The position numbers were made by a program, and so were the translations under genes. Below the pieces are notes generated by a model. The model was given only the letters and a program-made list of their open reading frames with translations, searched no databases and was not told the DNA's origin. This document shows, in pieces, positions 44,045 through 52,783 of a DNA stretch of 64,000 bases (positions are counted from its first letter, which is position 1; the number at the start of each line of letters is the position of its first letter). Source of the stretch: Flavobacteriales bacterium. GTDB lineage: Bacteria; Bacteroidota; Bacteroidia; Flavobacteriales_F; PHOS-HE28. The stretch is from contig JAGNUG010000003.1 of NCBI GenBank assembly GCA_017987115.1, forward strand, positions 319 to 64,318, given 5' to 3'.

Positions 44045-45823
44045 ATGGCTGATCTCCCATCCTCATTCAGGCGGTGTGCGTCTTTTTCGGACGCACTCAG
44101 CGGCCTTAGGGTGTATACTTTTGGTTTGCTGCTAGCGCTATTCGGGACTGCCACTGTTGCGCACGCGGAACACTTTTCGGGAGCTTCCATTACTTATGAA
44201 TGTGTCGGTGGAAACATTTATAATATCTATTTGGACCTGTATCTGGATTGTTCCGGTGCCGGTATCACAAATCAACAACTTCATTTCAGTAGTGATTGCG
44301 GCTTGAATTTCACTGTTGGAACCACGGCATTTCCGCTTACTCAGTTGATCAATGAAGAAGCTTCTCCTTTGTGTGCTTCAGAGGTTGGAAGTAGTACATG
44401 TAATGGTGGGTCTTTGCCAGGTTATAGGCATTATCGGTATTCGACTACACTATACTTGTCACCTTGCGATAAGTGGACCATGGAATGGTATATCTGTTGC
44501 CGATCCGTAATGGTGAATCTACTTAATACTCCGGGCACCTATGCACAAGCAACGTTGAATAACGCTTTTGGACTATGTGATATTTCGCCACGTTTTGTTG
44601 ATGCTGGCGTACCTCACTTTTGCGTACTTAACCCAGTTTCGTATAGCCCAGGTGCAACGGATCCGGATGGTAGTACAATGTCATTTGCTTTGATCGCTGC
44701 ACGATACGGTTCACCTGCGCCTGTTCAAGTAAGTTACAACGCAGGTTATGGCGGCACGAACCCGTTTCCTGGTATAACGATCAACCCTACTACGGGTCAG
44801 ATCAACTTTTTTCCAACGATATCCGGAAATTATGTTGTCGTTGTGCAGGTCACAACGTATACGCCTGGCGGGATACTGATCGGTACCGTAATGCGCGATC
44901 TAATGTTCGTGGTCCTACCCTGTGATGGCGATGCCCCCGAGAGTGCCGGTATAAGCAATGTTCCACTGGGTCTTTTGGTCGGTCCGAACAGTGTTGCGGC
45001 CTGCCAAGGTGTCTCTTGGTGTGTGGATATCGTATTCACGGATAATAATCCGGCTCAAACGATCTCAGTTACTTCGAACGCCGTGAATTTATTGCCAGGA
45101 GCTACGTTCAATGTTGTTGGTACGAATCCGGCGATCGGAACGCTTTGTTGGACCAATAATTCGACCGGATTACCCGTGAATGTCTTCATTCAAGCAGATG
45201 ATGGGGCTTGCCCGATCCCGAACGTAACTTCCCGATCCTTGTTTTTGAATGAATGTGCAGTCCTACCTGTGGAACTGGTAGGGTTTGATGCAAAACCGGA
45301 TCGGTATGTTGTGAAGACGAATTGGACGACGGCAACAGAGAGCGATAACAGCCACTTCGTTATTGAACGTAGTATGGACGGGGTTGAATTCATTAAGATC
45401 GGCTCAGTGGCAGGTGCGGGGTCGACGCAACAAGTGCATCATTATGAATTCTTGGATACTGACCCTGTGATAGGTGTTAGTTATTACCGCTTGTTACAGG
45501 TGGATATGGACGGTACAGAAATGTCCAGTGAAGTGATCCCTGTTATCTACCTAAAAGCTCCAAATGTTTCTGTTGTGCCGAATGACGGCGGTGGTTGGAC
45601 CGTAAGCGGCTTATCGGATGCATCCGACTGGTCATTGGTTGATATGATCGGGAGATCCATCATCAATGGACGATTCAACGGTGATCATACCGCGATCATT
45701 CCTGGACCTGATGTTCCTCCATCAGTGCTGGTGCTCGTGATCCACTCCGGGGCAGATCAACAGCAGCTAAAGATCCATTCCTTCGGGAATTTGAACGGTA
45801 CGGAGCAATCCACGACATTCTAA
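44045..45823 (+). CDS. secreted multi-domain surface protein (592 aa), possible T9SS cargo with a degenerate CTD
   Basis: The signal peptide reads ...TATVAHA|EHFSG. The N-terminal Cys-rich domain has ITYECVGGNIYNIYLDLYLDC. A cadherin-like segment has GATDPDGSTMSF...INPTTGQINF. An FN3-like segment reads LPVELVGFDA...HFVIERSMDG...YYRLLQVDMDG. The tail reads VVPNDGG...LVDMIGRSI.... Confidence 0.6.
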   Translation: MADLPSSFRRCASFSDALSGLRVYTFGLLLALFGTATVAHAEHFSGASITYECVGGNIYNIYLDLYLDCSGAGITNQQLHFSSDCGLNFTVGTTAFPLTQLINEEASPLCASEVGSSTCNGGSLPGYRHYRYSTTLYLSPCDKWTMEWYICCRSVMVNLLNTPGTYAQATLNNAFGLCDISPRFVDAGVPHFCVLNPVSYSPGATDPDGSTMSFALIAARYGSPAPVQVSYNAGYGGTNPFPGITINPTTGQINFFPTISGNYVVVVQVTTYTPGGILIGTVMRDLMFVVLPCDGDAPESAGISNVPLGLLVGPNSVAACQGVSWCVDIVFTDNNPAQTISVTSNAVNLLPGATFNVVGTNPAIGTLCWTNNSTGLPVNVFIQADDGACPIPNVTSRSLFLNECAVLPVELVGFDAKPDRYVVKTNWTTATESDNSHFVIERSMDGVEFIKIGSVAGAGSTQQVHHYEFLDTDPVIGVSYYRLLQVDMDGTEMSSEVIPVIYLKAPNVSVVPNDGGGWTVSGLSDASDWSLVDMIGRSIINGRFNGDHTAIIPGPDVPPSVLVLVIHSGADQQQLKIHSFGNLNGTEQSTTF

Positions 45824-45835
45824 AGTGGACCTTGA

Positions 45836-47641
45836 TCACTGATCGGCCTTTTGCCATCTGATCTCTACTCTTCGATTTATTGCTCGGCCTATCTCCGTGG
45901 CATTCTGTCCGATCGGTCGATCGCTTCCAACTGCATCTACTTGAATGTTCATGTAGGGAATACCGGCTTGTATCAGAAGGTCTTTAATCGTGTTCGCTCT
46001 GCGCAGCCCCAAGGCCTTATTCTCAGACCCGGTTCCAGTATTATCCGTATGACCCTCAACCAAGATCGTTAAAGTTGGATCCAAGTCCAACGCATTCCGA
46101 AGATCAACAAGCACCTCCGGATCCAATGTATCCGGTATATGACTGGACGTTTCGAATCGTATCGGCACCATCTCGTGATCTTCTTGGAAGGAAGTGCTAT
46201 CGACCAATATGAACTCTTCTGAAATACTTCCGCAGGTCATTGAACAGCTAGTGTCAGTACCTATGCGAACCAACGAAATATCATCTACGAAGTAATAGGC
46301 ATAAGGCCCACCATTGGGATCCGTTGTGAAAATAGTCGTTGCTGAATCGAAACTGAAATTGCCTATGAGAAGATCCGTAGCGCAATTCCTGGGTCGAACC
46401 TCTCCGCATAGCGTGATCCATTGCGATGGGTTATCCATGATCAGGCCAATTGGTGAGGACCATTGCGACGAATAATCGAACGGTTCGCGCTGCATTGTTC
46501 GCTTGAAGTTCTCAACTAAAGCAATACCGATCCGATCAACAGCAAAACCATATGACGAGTTTCGAAGAATGCGCATGCGATAGTGGTAGATGCCGCAAGG
46601 TTCGATCGGCCCGCTCAGTGAGGTTTGAATGAATTCACGATGATCCTTATCCGCGCCGGAGTACAAATAGACCCCAGCCATGCCATCTATGAGATCAGGA
46701 GTTCCTCCGCTAGCATTCTGCCAGTGTGAATGCGGTATATCCAATGTATGATCGAATGATGGATCCGGTACTAGCTCTGGCCCATGCTCGTTCAAGCGTT
46801 GAGCGGGACAGGCCTGTTCTTGTGTGAGTATGTCAACGGAAGAATTCGAATTCAAGGGCGCAACGGAAACCTCATCCAGCAAACAATATGCTTGCTGGGA
46901 GATCGTCCGAAGGAACTGAACACGGCCAGGGTCTGAGTCGTACATCTCCATATACTTGCTTTCAACATTGGTCAGAACGGTCTTCTCCGAATTCTGGACC
47001 ATGGCCTTTCTACTGCTATATCCATAGCGCTGAAAATTTCCCACTAGCAAAAAACGCTCTCCGCCTTTCGCGTTATACGTGCCTTCAACCTTCATCCACA
47101 CTGCTGTGTCAGAGAGGAAAAGGTCAAGGGGATTCTCTAGATCCGGTTTCCCGATGAGATCATGAAGCACACCTTTGCGTGATCGATCGGTTGTTGTGAA
47201 ACAAGCTCCAATGCGATCCGTAACATAGCCGCTCCGATCAGCCGCATTTACCCAGAAGGATACCGCATACCTATGCCCATTCTCTAACGGTTCCTTAAGC
47301 TCCAGTTGGACAAACTGCCGATCGGTCCGGTCACCGTTTCGTGACGTGAGCACCAAGCCCATGTACGCTTCACCATCCTTTGCTCTTTGATGCCCAGCCC
47401 AATTCTGCGGAACGCCTACAACCTGTGAGCAACTATTGAAATATGTTGGAGATGAAGATACCGATCGCACATTCGAAATTCTTTTAAGCTTTTCAGGCGC
47501 AACCGACCTCGGGCATTTCGAATACTCCTCAAAACTGCCGTTGAGCACTAATTCCTGCCCGTGCGTTTCCGACACAGAACCAAGAACCATTGTGATCAAC
47601 AGAAATATAGATGGAACGAGATAACGATGATCCCAGATCAT
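45836..47641 (-). CDS. OmpA-family protein (601 aa) with a large N-terminal beta-rich domain
   Basis: The signal peptide reads ...SETHG|QELVLNGSFEEY. The C-terminal OmpA_C motif is ILVEGHTDNTG...NKALGLRRANTIKDLL...NRRVEIRW. Confidence 0.8.
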   Translation of the reverse strand: MIWDHRYLVPSIFLLITMVLGSVSETHGQELVLNGSFEEYSKCPRSVAPEKLKRISNVRSVSSSPTYFNSCSQVVGVPQNWAGHQRAKDGEAYMGLVLTSRNGDRTDRQFVQLELKEPLENGHRYAVSFWVNAADRSGYVTDRIGACFTTTDRSRKGVLHDLIGKPDLENPLDLFLSDTAVWMKVEGTYNAKGGERFLLVGNFQRYGYSSRKAMVQNSEKTVLTNVESKYMEMYDSDPGRVQFLRTISQQAYCLLDEVSVAPLNSNSSVDILTQEQACPAQRLNEHGPELVPDPSFDHTLDIPHSHWQNASGGTPDLIDGMAGVYLYSGADKDHREFIQTSLSGPIEPCGIYHYRMRILRNSSYGFAVDRIGIALVENFKRTMQREPFDYSSQWSSPIGLIMDNPSQWITLCGEVRPRNCATDLLIGNFSFDSATTIFTTDPNGGPYAYYFVDDISLVRIGTDTSCSMTCGSISEEFILVDSTSFQEDHEMVPIRFETSSHIPDTLDPEVLVDLRNALDLDPTLTILVEGHTDNTGTGSENKALGLRRANTIKDLLIQAGIPYMNIQVDAVGSDRPIGQNATEIGRAINRRVEIRWQKADQ

Positions 47642-47695
47642 GGTAAACGCAGATGCGCACTTTTATGGATCGGTAAGGCGATCATTCTATTGAAT

Positions 47696-47727
47696 GAAAA
47701 GAGCCCCCGTTCAATAACGGAGGCTCT
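47696..47727 (-). terminator. terminator-like hairpin after the thioredoxin-like T9SS cargo gene
   Basis: The minus strand reads agagcctccg-ttattgaa-cgggggctct (10-bp stem with one mismatch), followed by tttcattc. Confidence 0.45.
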
Positions 47728-47749
47728 TCCTTTTACAATATTCCGGGGA

Positions 47750-49825
47750 TCACTTCACTACCTGAAATGCTTTCGCAGCACCCAGTCCTTCAGCCGTGCG
47801 CAATGCATAACGGTAAAGACCAGCGCCCAGACCGGCAACGTCAAGAGTTACTTGTGTAGTACCGTTCGCAATGTTCTTCTGCATCACACTGCGACCTGTT
47901 ACATCATACACTTCCAACGTTGCGTTGGTACGAAGGTCCGAGAACGGAATAGTGATCTGGTCGTTCGCAGGAACCGGGTAAGCTTGACCCAAGGTAGATG
48001 CAAGCAATGCATCGAACTCCTCCACACTCACAACTCCATAGAACCAATCGTGGCTCAAGGAAACCATGCTGTGGGCTACATCTGCGTTTGACATTTGCTC
48101 TGGGCCAACACCGAAATAGACCACTTTGTAGTTACCGGTCTCGCAACGCAAGCCTCCGATCAAATTGGTATTCGTATTGTAGTGAATGATACCTACAGCT
48201 GGCGCGATAGGAGTGATCTGATCAGGATACGTGTTGGTGCCGAATACTGCTGCAATGCTGCTGTTCGGAACGTCTCCAAAAACGAAATCGCCATCGATGA
48301 AGTTCACTAGATTCTGAGCTGTACTTCCATCGGCCACATAGGTCGCATGCATGTAATCCGAATAGAACGCCTGCGTTGCTGCTGTACCATATGCACCGGT
48401 CACACCGCTTTGGTCCCATCCAATATCCTGACCTGCTATCATTACGTCGCTTCCGGCATCCATAAGGGCAGATAGCGCAACAACCTCATCATCCGTAAGT
48501 GATGGGAATGTCCAACTAACGTTGACGTAATAGTTATTCACTCCAGCAAGCGCGCCCTCGCTCGCAAAATTCAAGAACTTGTCCTTTGTAACTGCCGCGT
48601 AGGCAGTATTACCAGCTTGCGCTAGGCCATCCGTATAGAGCGGCTCCCATTGCTCTGCCCCGTTGTGCGTTACCACAAGATCGGTAACACCACTGATAAC
48701 ATTCATAACCCTTTCCAACACTGGTGCTGCCGGATTGGATGAAGATGCAACGGACAACAGATAGGAGGCGACACCGGGTGTAGCATCCGGCATGATGGAG
48801 ACATCCATATTCAGGTCATCTCCAGCCGACACTTGTGCAGTAGCAGGGCTCGTCACAGCTGCGCCGTTCACCTGCAATTCGCTGCTCCAACCCGCAGGTG
48901 CACCCATGCTCGTAAGCGTTACAATGTAGTCCTCTGTGGAACCCAATAAGTTCGTGAATACCGTATTGACTGCTGCTGGTGTTCCATTAGGTACGCCAAC
49001 ATAGACCGGGGCGCTATCCGCAAATTCACCAATTACGAGTGTTGTTCCACCATCAGCTGCAATATCACTTCCTTGATAAACTTCGCTGTGGTCTTCGCTA
49101 ACAAATGCAACCACTCTACAATTCGCGATGTTCCATGCAGCTGGAACGGTCATTGTATAGCTGCGCGTGATCGTACTACCCATTGTAGGGTTCACCACCA
49201 TATCTCCCCATGTATCCGTAACGTATCCTCTCAGGACATGAACATGATCATAATTCGCATGATTACCGGACGGACCATAATCAGTTTGAGGGCCATCCAA
49301 ATGATCTTCTTTTACAAGAACACTGATGTAATCGTCGCCAGGAGGGCTGTCTGCGGTGTAATAGAGCTCCACGTTAACGGTCAGCTCGTTCGTGCCTGCA
49401 TCATAACTGCTTTCAACACCCAAGTTCACAGGGCTTGGCAATGCTAACATTTCGGCAACTGCGCCTTCCCATGCACCTCGCCCAAGGTCATCTTCACCGT
49501 CAAAAACGTGACGATTGATAACTCCAGCTGGATATCCGCCGATCGTGAAATACGCGTCGATCGCTGTTCCTTCCGGTGTGCGGAAATCCGGTTCACCCGC
49601 ACCAGGAACTGCAAAACTACCTGCATGGATACCAACAACGGCGATCTTTGTTCCGTGCATGGCCTCCAGTGAAGCCATGATCGTATGGCCTTCCGGGCAA
49701 TAGCCACAGTGGATACCGGTGAAATCTTCCAACAAAGCCGACCGGTTCTGCGGGGTTTGCGTAACCAACGACTGCCCGATAAGGACCGTTGGTAACAATG
49801 CTAAGAGGGTAGTTATCTTTTTCAT
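47750..49825 (-). CDS. T9SS type A cargo with an N-terminal thioredoxin-like / Omp28-related CxxC domain (692 aa)
   Basis: From the ATG at 49825 the product reads MKKITTLLALLPTVLIG|QSLVT. It has LLEDFTGIHCGYCPEGH, the EEFTG.WC..CP pattern I associate with Omp28-related proteins. The CTD reads AYPVPAND...LEVYDVTGRSV...LGAGLYRYAL...FQVVK. Confidence 0.65.
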   Translation of the reverse strand: MKKITTLLALLPTVLIGQSLVTQTPQNRSALLEDFTGIHCGYCPEGHTIMASLEAMHGTKIAVVGIHAGSFAVPGAGEPDFRTPEGTAIDAYFTIGGYPAGVINRHVFDGEDDLGRGAWEGAVAEMLALPSPVNLGVESSYDAGTNELTVNVELYYTADSPPGDDYISVLVKEDHLDGPQTDYGPSGNHANYDHVHVLRGYVTDTWGDMVVNPTMGSTITRSYTMTVPAAWNIANCRVVAFVSEDHSEVYQGSDIAADGGTTLVIGEFADSAPVYVGVPNGTPAAVNTVFTNLLGSTEDYIVTLTSMGAPAGWSSELQVNGAAVTSPATAQVSAGDDLNMDVSIMPDATPGVASYLLSVASSSNPAAPVLERVMNVISGVTDLVVTHNGAEQWEPLYTDGLAQAGNTAYAAVTKDKFLNFASEGALAGVNNYYVNVSWTFPSLTDDEVVALSALMDAGSDVMIAGQDIGWDQSGVTGAYGTAATQAFYSDYMHATYVADGSTAQNLVNFIDGDFVFGDVPNSSIAAVFGTNTYPDQITPIAPAVGIIHYNTNTNLIGGLRCETGNYKVVYFGVGPEQMSNADVAHSMVSLSHDWFYGVVSVEEFDALLASTLGQAYPVPANDQITIPFSDLRTNATLEVYDVTGRSVMQKNIANGTTQVTLDVAGLGAGLYRYALRTAEGLGAAKAFQVVK

Positions 49826-50024
49826 GGAGGTTCGGTTAAAAAGGACCGTGAAGGTATTGAACCATTCAACCTGTAAGTACACCGGTTAACAGCTTTCTTG
49901 GAGTGCTAACCAATGTTTACAACCATTCCATACACAAACACTTCTCGTAATGGGCACAACTGCCTGAATATCAGTTATACATTCATAAAACATTGAATAC
50001 CCGTGATCCATTTGGTCGATGATG

Positions 50025-51053
50025 TCAACGCTCTTTCCATAGCACCTCCATTACGGTCTGGCCTACGGCCTTCAATGTTGTGGGATCGATCACATCCATA
50101 TTGTCCCCGTGTGTATGCCAATGTGGAGCGAAGGCCTGTGTTTCTGGATCGTGTTGGATGATGTCGATCGTTGGGATCCGAAGTACTTTATTGATCGGAA
50201 TGTGATCATCTATACCAACGAAATACTTCGTTTCGCGGATGAATCGGTCTCCGTAGCCCAAGGCTGCTGCAGTCTTCCATACTTTATGCACTACCTGACC
50301 CGAGTATTGCATACTTAACGCTTCTTGATAGAACACTGCATCGCGGCCGCCCACCATGTCCAACAGGATCCCGAAACGTGCATTATATCCCGATACATGT
50401 GGATTCTTGACGAAATACTGCGAACCTAAACACCACGTATCCATACTGCTCTCGTCCATGGCCATTGCACCATTGGGTTGACCATGGTCTTCTGCATCCG
50501 TAAATAGAATATCCACACCAAGAAGATCATTGGATACAGCCAAATGACGAGCGATCTCCAATAGAACACCCACTCCACTGCCTGCATCATTCGCTCCATC
50601 GATCGGTTCGTTCTTGCGTTCGGTATCCCGGTCCGCAAAAGGTCTGGTATCCCAATGTGCTAGTAATAGGATCCGATCCTTCTTTTCAGGTCGCCAGGTA
50701 CCAATGATATTGCGCAAAGGGATCTTCGCGCCCGAATAAATGGTGACCATACCCGTCTGTTCCGTAACCAATGCACCGTAACTCTTCAGCTTGGAAACCA
50801 TCCAATCACCACATGCCGTGTGCGGCGCCGTGCCCGGTACGCGCGGTCCGAAATCGACCTGCTTCTTCACAAACGCGAAAGCACTGTCCGGGTCGAACAA
50901 CGGTGTAGGAGGTACAGAAGCAACCTGTTCTTTGACCAGTGGAACCGTCGCTTCCGGCTCATCGGGTGTGCAAGAACTGAAGATCATGATCAATGCAAGA
51001 CCGGAACCTAATGCAATTCGGCGAATCCAACCTAGTCCACAAATCCGATTCAT
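50025..51053 (-). CDS. M28-family metalloprotein lipoprotein, probable glutaminyl-peptide cyclotransferase (type II QC-like)
   Basis: From the ATG at 51053 the lipobox reads MIFSSC|TPDE. Metal-site motifs are LLAHWDTRP, GANDAGSGVGVLLEIARHL, FTDAEDHG and HWHTHGDN. Size (342 aa) and lipoprotein nature fit the Bacteroidota QC family. The sequence alone does not separate it cleanly from M28 aminopeptidases. Confidence 0.65.
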   Translation of the reverse strand: MNRICGLGWIRRIALGSGLALIMIFSSCTPDEPEATVPLVKEQVASVPPTPLFDPDSAFAFVKKQVDFGPRVPGTAPHTACGDWMVSKLKSYGALVTEQTGMVTIYSGAKIPLRNIIGTWRPEKKDRILLLAHWDTRPFADRDTERKNEPIDGANDAGSGVGVLLEIARHLAVSNDLLGVDILFTDAEDHGQPNGAMAMDESSMDTWCLGSQYFVKNPHVSGYNARFGILLDMVGGRDAVFYQEALSMQYSGQVVHKVWKTAAALGYGDRFIRETKYFVGIDDHIPINKVLRIPTIDIIQHDPETQAFAPHWHTHGDNMDVIDPTTLKAVGQTVMEVLWKER

Positions 51054-52558
51054 GCACGCTCCCATACTGTTCCTTCTTTGGTGTCTTTCAATAAAATACC
51101 GAGGGAGATCAACTGATCCCGGATACGATCGCTTGTAGTAAAATCCTTATTGGCTTTTGCAGTAGCGCGCATCCGAATGAACTCTTGTACAAGCCCATCC
51201 AAGGTTGCATCATCATTATTCGTTTCTCCCTCGCTTCGCAGACCAAGGACGTCGAACACCATGGTATTGAAAAGCTGTTTCAGACGATCAAGTGCATCCG
51301 AACTCAACGCCTGTTTCCCATCGTTCACGCTATTGATCAATCGAACACCCTCGAACAGTGCAGCGACCATCACCGGCGTATTAAGGTCATCATGCATAGC
51401 TGCATGACAGCTCGTTTCCAATGCAGCAACTTCACCATCTCCCGCACCGTTCACACCGTTCAACTTTTTCAACGTTGTCATCGCGGCCATTAAACGAGCC
51501 AGTCCCTTTTCGGCTGCTTGCAATGCTGCATTGCTGAAATCCAACGTACCAGCGTAGTGACTTTGTAGCATGAAGAAACGCACGGTCATTGGACTGTAGC
51601 CTTGCTCCAATAGCTTATGGTTACCGGTTACCAATTCTTCCGGAGTAAAGCCATTGCCTTCGCTTTTGGCCATTTTACGGCCATTCACGGTAAGCATATT
51701 CGTATGCATCCAATATCGGACCGGTACTTGGCCATCCGCTGCAATGCTTTGTGCGATCTCGCATTCATGGTGCGGGAACTTCAGGTCCATTCCGCCACCA
51801 TGAATATCGAACGTAAGGCCCAGGTATTTCGTGCTCATGGCACTGCATTCCAAATGCCAACCAGGAAAGCCTTCACTCCATGGACTTGGCCATTTCATAA
51901 GATGAGTAGCATCGGCCTTTTTCCAGATGGCAAAATCCAATGGACTGCGTTTCTCGTCCTGTCCTTCTGTTTCTCGCGTGTTCGCGATAAGGTCCTCTGT
52001 CTTTCGTCCACTTAACTCGCCATAGGCGTTGGTCTTGCTGTACTTCTCTACATCGAAATACACACTACCATTCGCTTCATAGGCATTTCCGCTCGCCAGG
52101 ATGCGTTTCACCATTTCGATCTGTTCGATCAGATGCCCTGTCGCGGTGGGCTCAATACTTGGCCTAAGAATATTGAACAGTTGCATTACATCGTGGAAGC
52201 CATTGGTGTATTTCTGCACGATCTCCATGGGCTCCAATTGCTCCAACCGCGCTCGCTTCGCGATCTTATCCTCACCATGGTCGACATCATCGACCAAGTG
52301 GCCAACATCCGTAATGTTTCGGACGTATCGAACAGAATAACCCATGTAAGTGAGCCAACGGAAGAGTATATCAAACGCTAGGAACGTACGCACGTTCCCA
52401 AGGTGTGCATCGCTATACACGGTTGGTCCGCAGACGTACAGACCAACATGCTTTGGACGTATGGGAACGAACTCCTCTTTCTTTCGAGTGAGTGTATTGG
52501 TAAGGTACAAGGGGCCTTTGCGAAGGTCGGTCATCGGGCTGCGAAGGTATTGACTCAT
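51050..52558 (-). CDS. cysS: cysteine--tRNA ligase
   Basis: The HIGH region is YVCGPTVYSDAHLGNVRT, and the KMSKS region is KMAKSEGN. The true start may be the internal Met (MTDLRKG..., near 52534). Confidence 0.95.
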   Translation of the reverse strand: MSQYLRSPMTDLRKGPLYLTNTLTRKKEEFVPIRPKHVGLYVCGPTVYSDAHLGNVRTFLAFDILFRWLTYMGYSVRYVRNITDVGHLVDDVDHGEDKIAKRARLEQLEPMEIVQKYTNGFHDVMQLFNILRPSIEPTATGHLIEQIEMVKRILASGNAYEANGSVYFDVEKYSKTNAYGELSGRKTEDLIANTRETEGQDEKRSPLDFAIWKKADATHLMKWPSPWSEGFPGWHLECSAMSTKYLGLTFDIHGGGMDLKFPHHECEIAQSIAADGQVPVRYWMHTNMLTVNGRKMAKSEGNGFTPEELVTGNHKLLEQGYSPMTVRFFMLQSHYAGTLDFSNAALQAAEKGLARLMAAMTTLKKLNGVNGAGDGEVAALETSCHAAMHDDLNTPVMVAALFEGVRLINSVNDGKQALSSDALDRLKQLFNTMVFDVLGLRSEGETNNDDATLDGLVQEFIRMRATAKANKDFTTSDRIRDQLISLGILLKDTKEGTVWERA

Positions 52559-52721
52559 CCAATCCCAAAAAGACCTTTGATCACTTCATCTTCTTCAGGT
52601 ACCTGTAAAGTTCACTTTCCGTTGATAGGATAACACTGCTTTGGCCATCAATGGACTTCTCCAGAACGTTCAAGCTCTTCAGGAAACCATACAACTCGCT
52701 GGAAGGTGCGGTTCTAATCGA

Positions 52722-52755
52722 AAGAAGCCCGCTCAGCATGTTGAGCGGGCTTCTT
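52722..52755 (-). terminator. terminator hairpin after the MORN-variant repeat gene
   Basis: aagaagcccgctca (52722-52735) pairs with tgagcgggcttctt (52742-52755), a 14-bp stem. On the minus strand it is followed by tcgatt. Confidence 0.55.
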
Positions 52756-52783
52756 CGATCGCGATCAAAAACCGTTGATCAAG

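Noticed and set aside
52559-52721. Possible leader peptide or riboswitch upstream of cysS (a 17-codon ORF MAKAVLSYQRKVNFTGT on the minus strand). I made similar checks upstream of glmS and aspS.
   Set aside because: The mini-ORF has no Cys codons. I recognised no T-box or glmS-ribozyme-like conserved structure. The intergenic regions upstream of glmS and aspS are too short (8 nt and about 70 nt).
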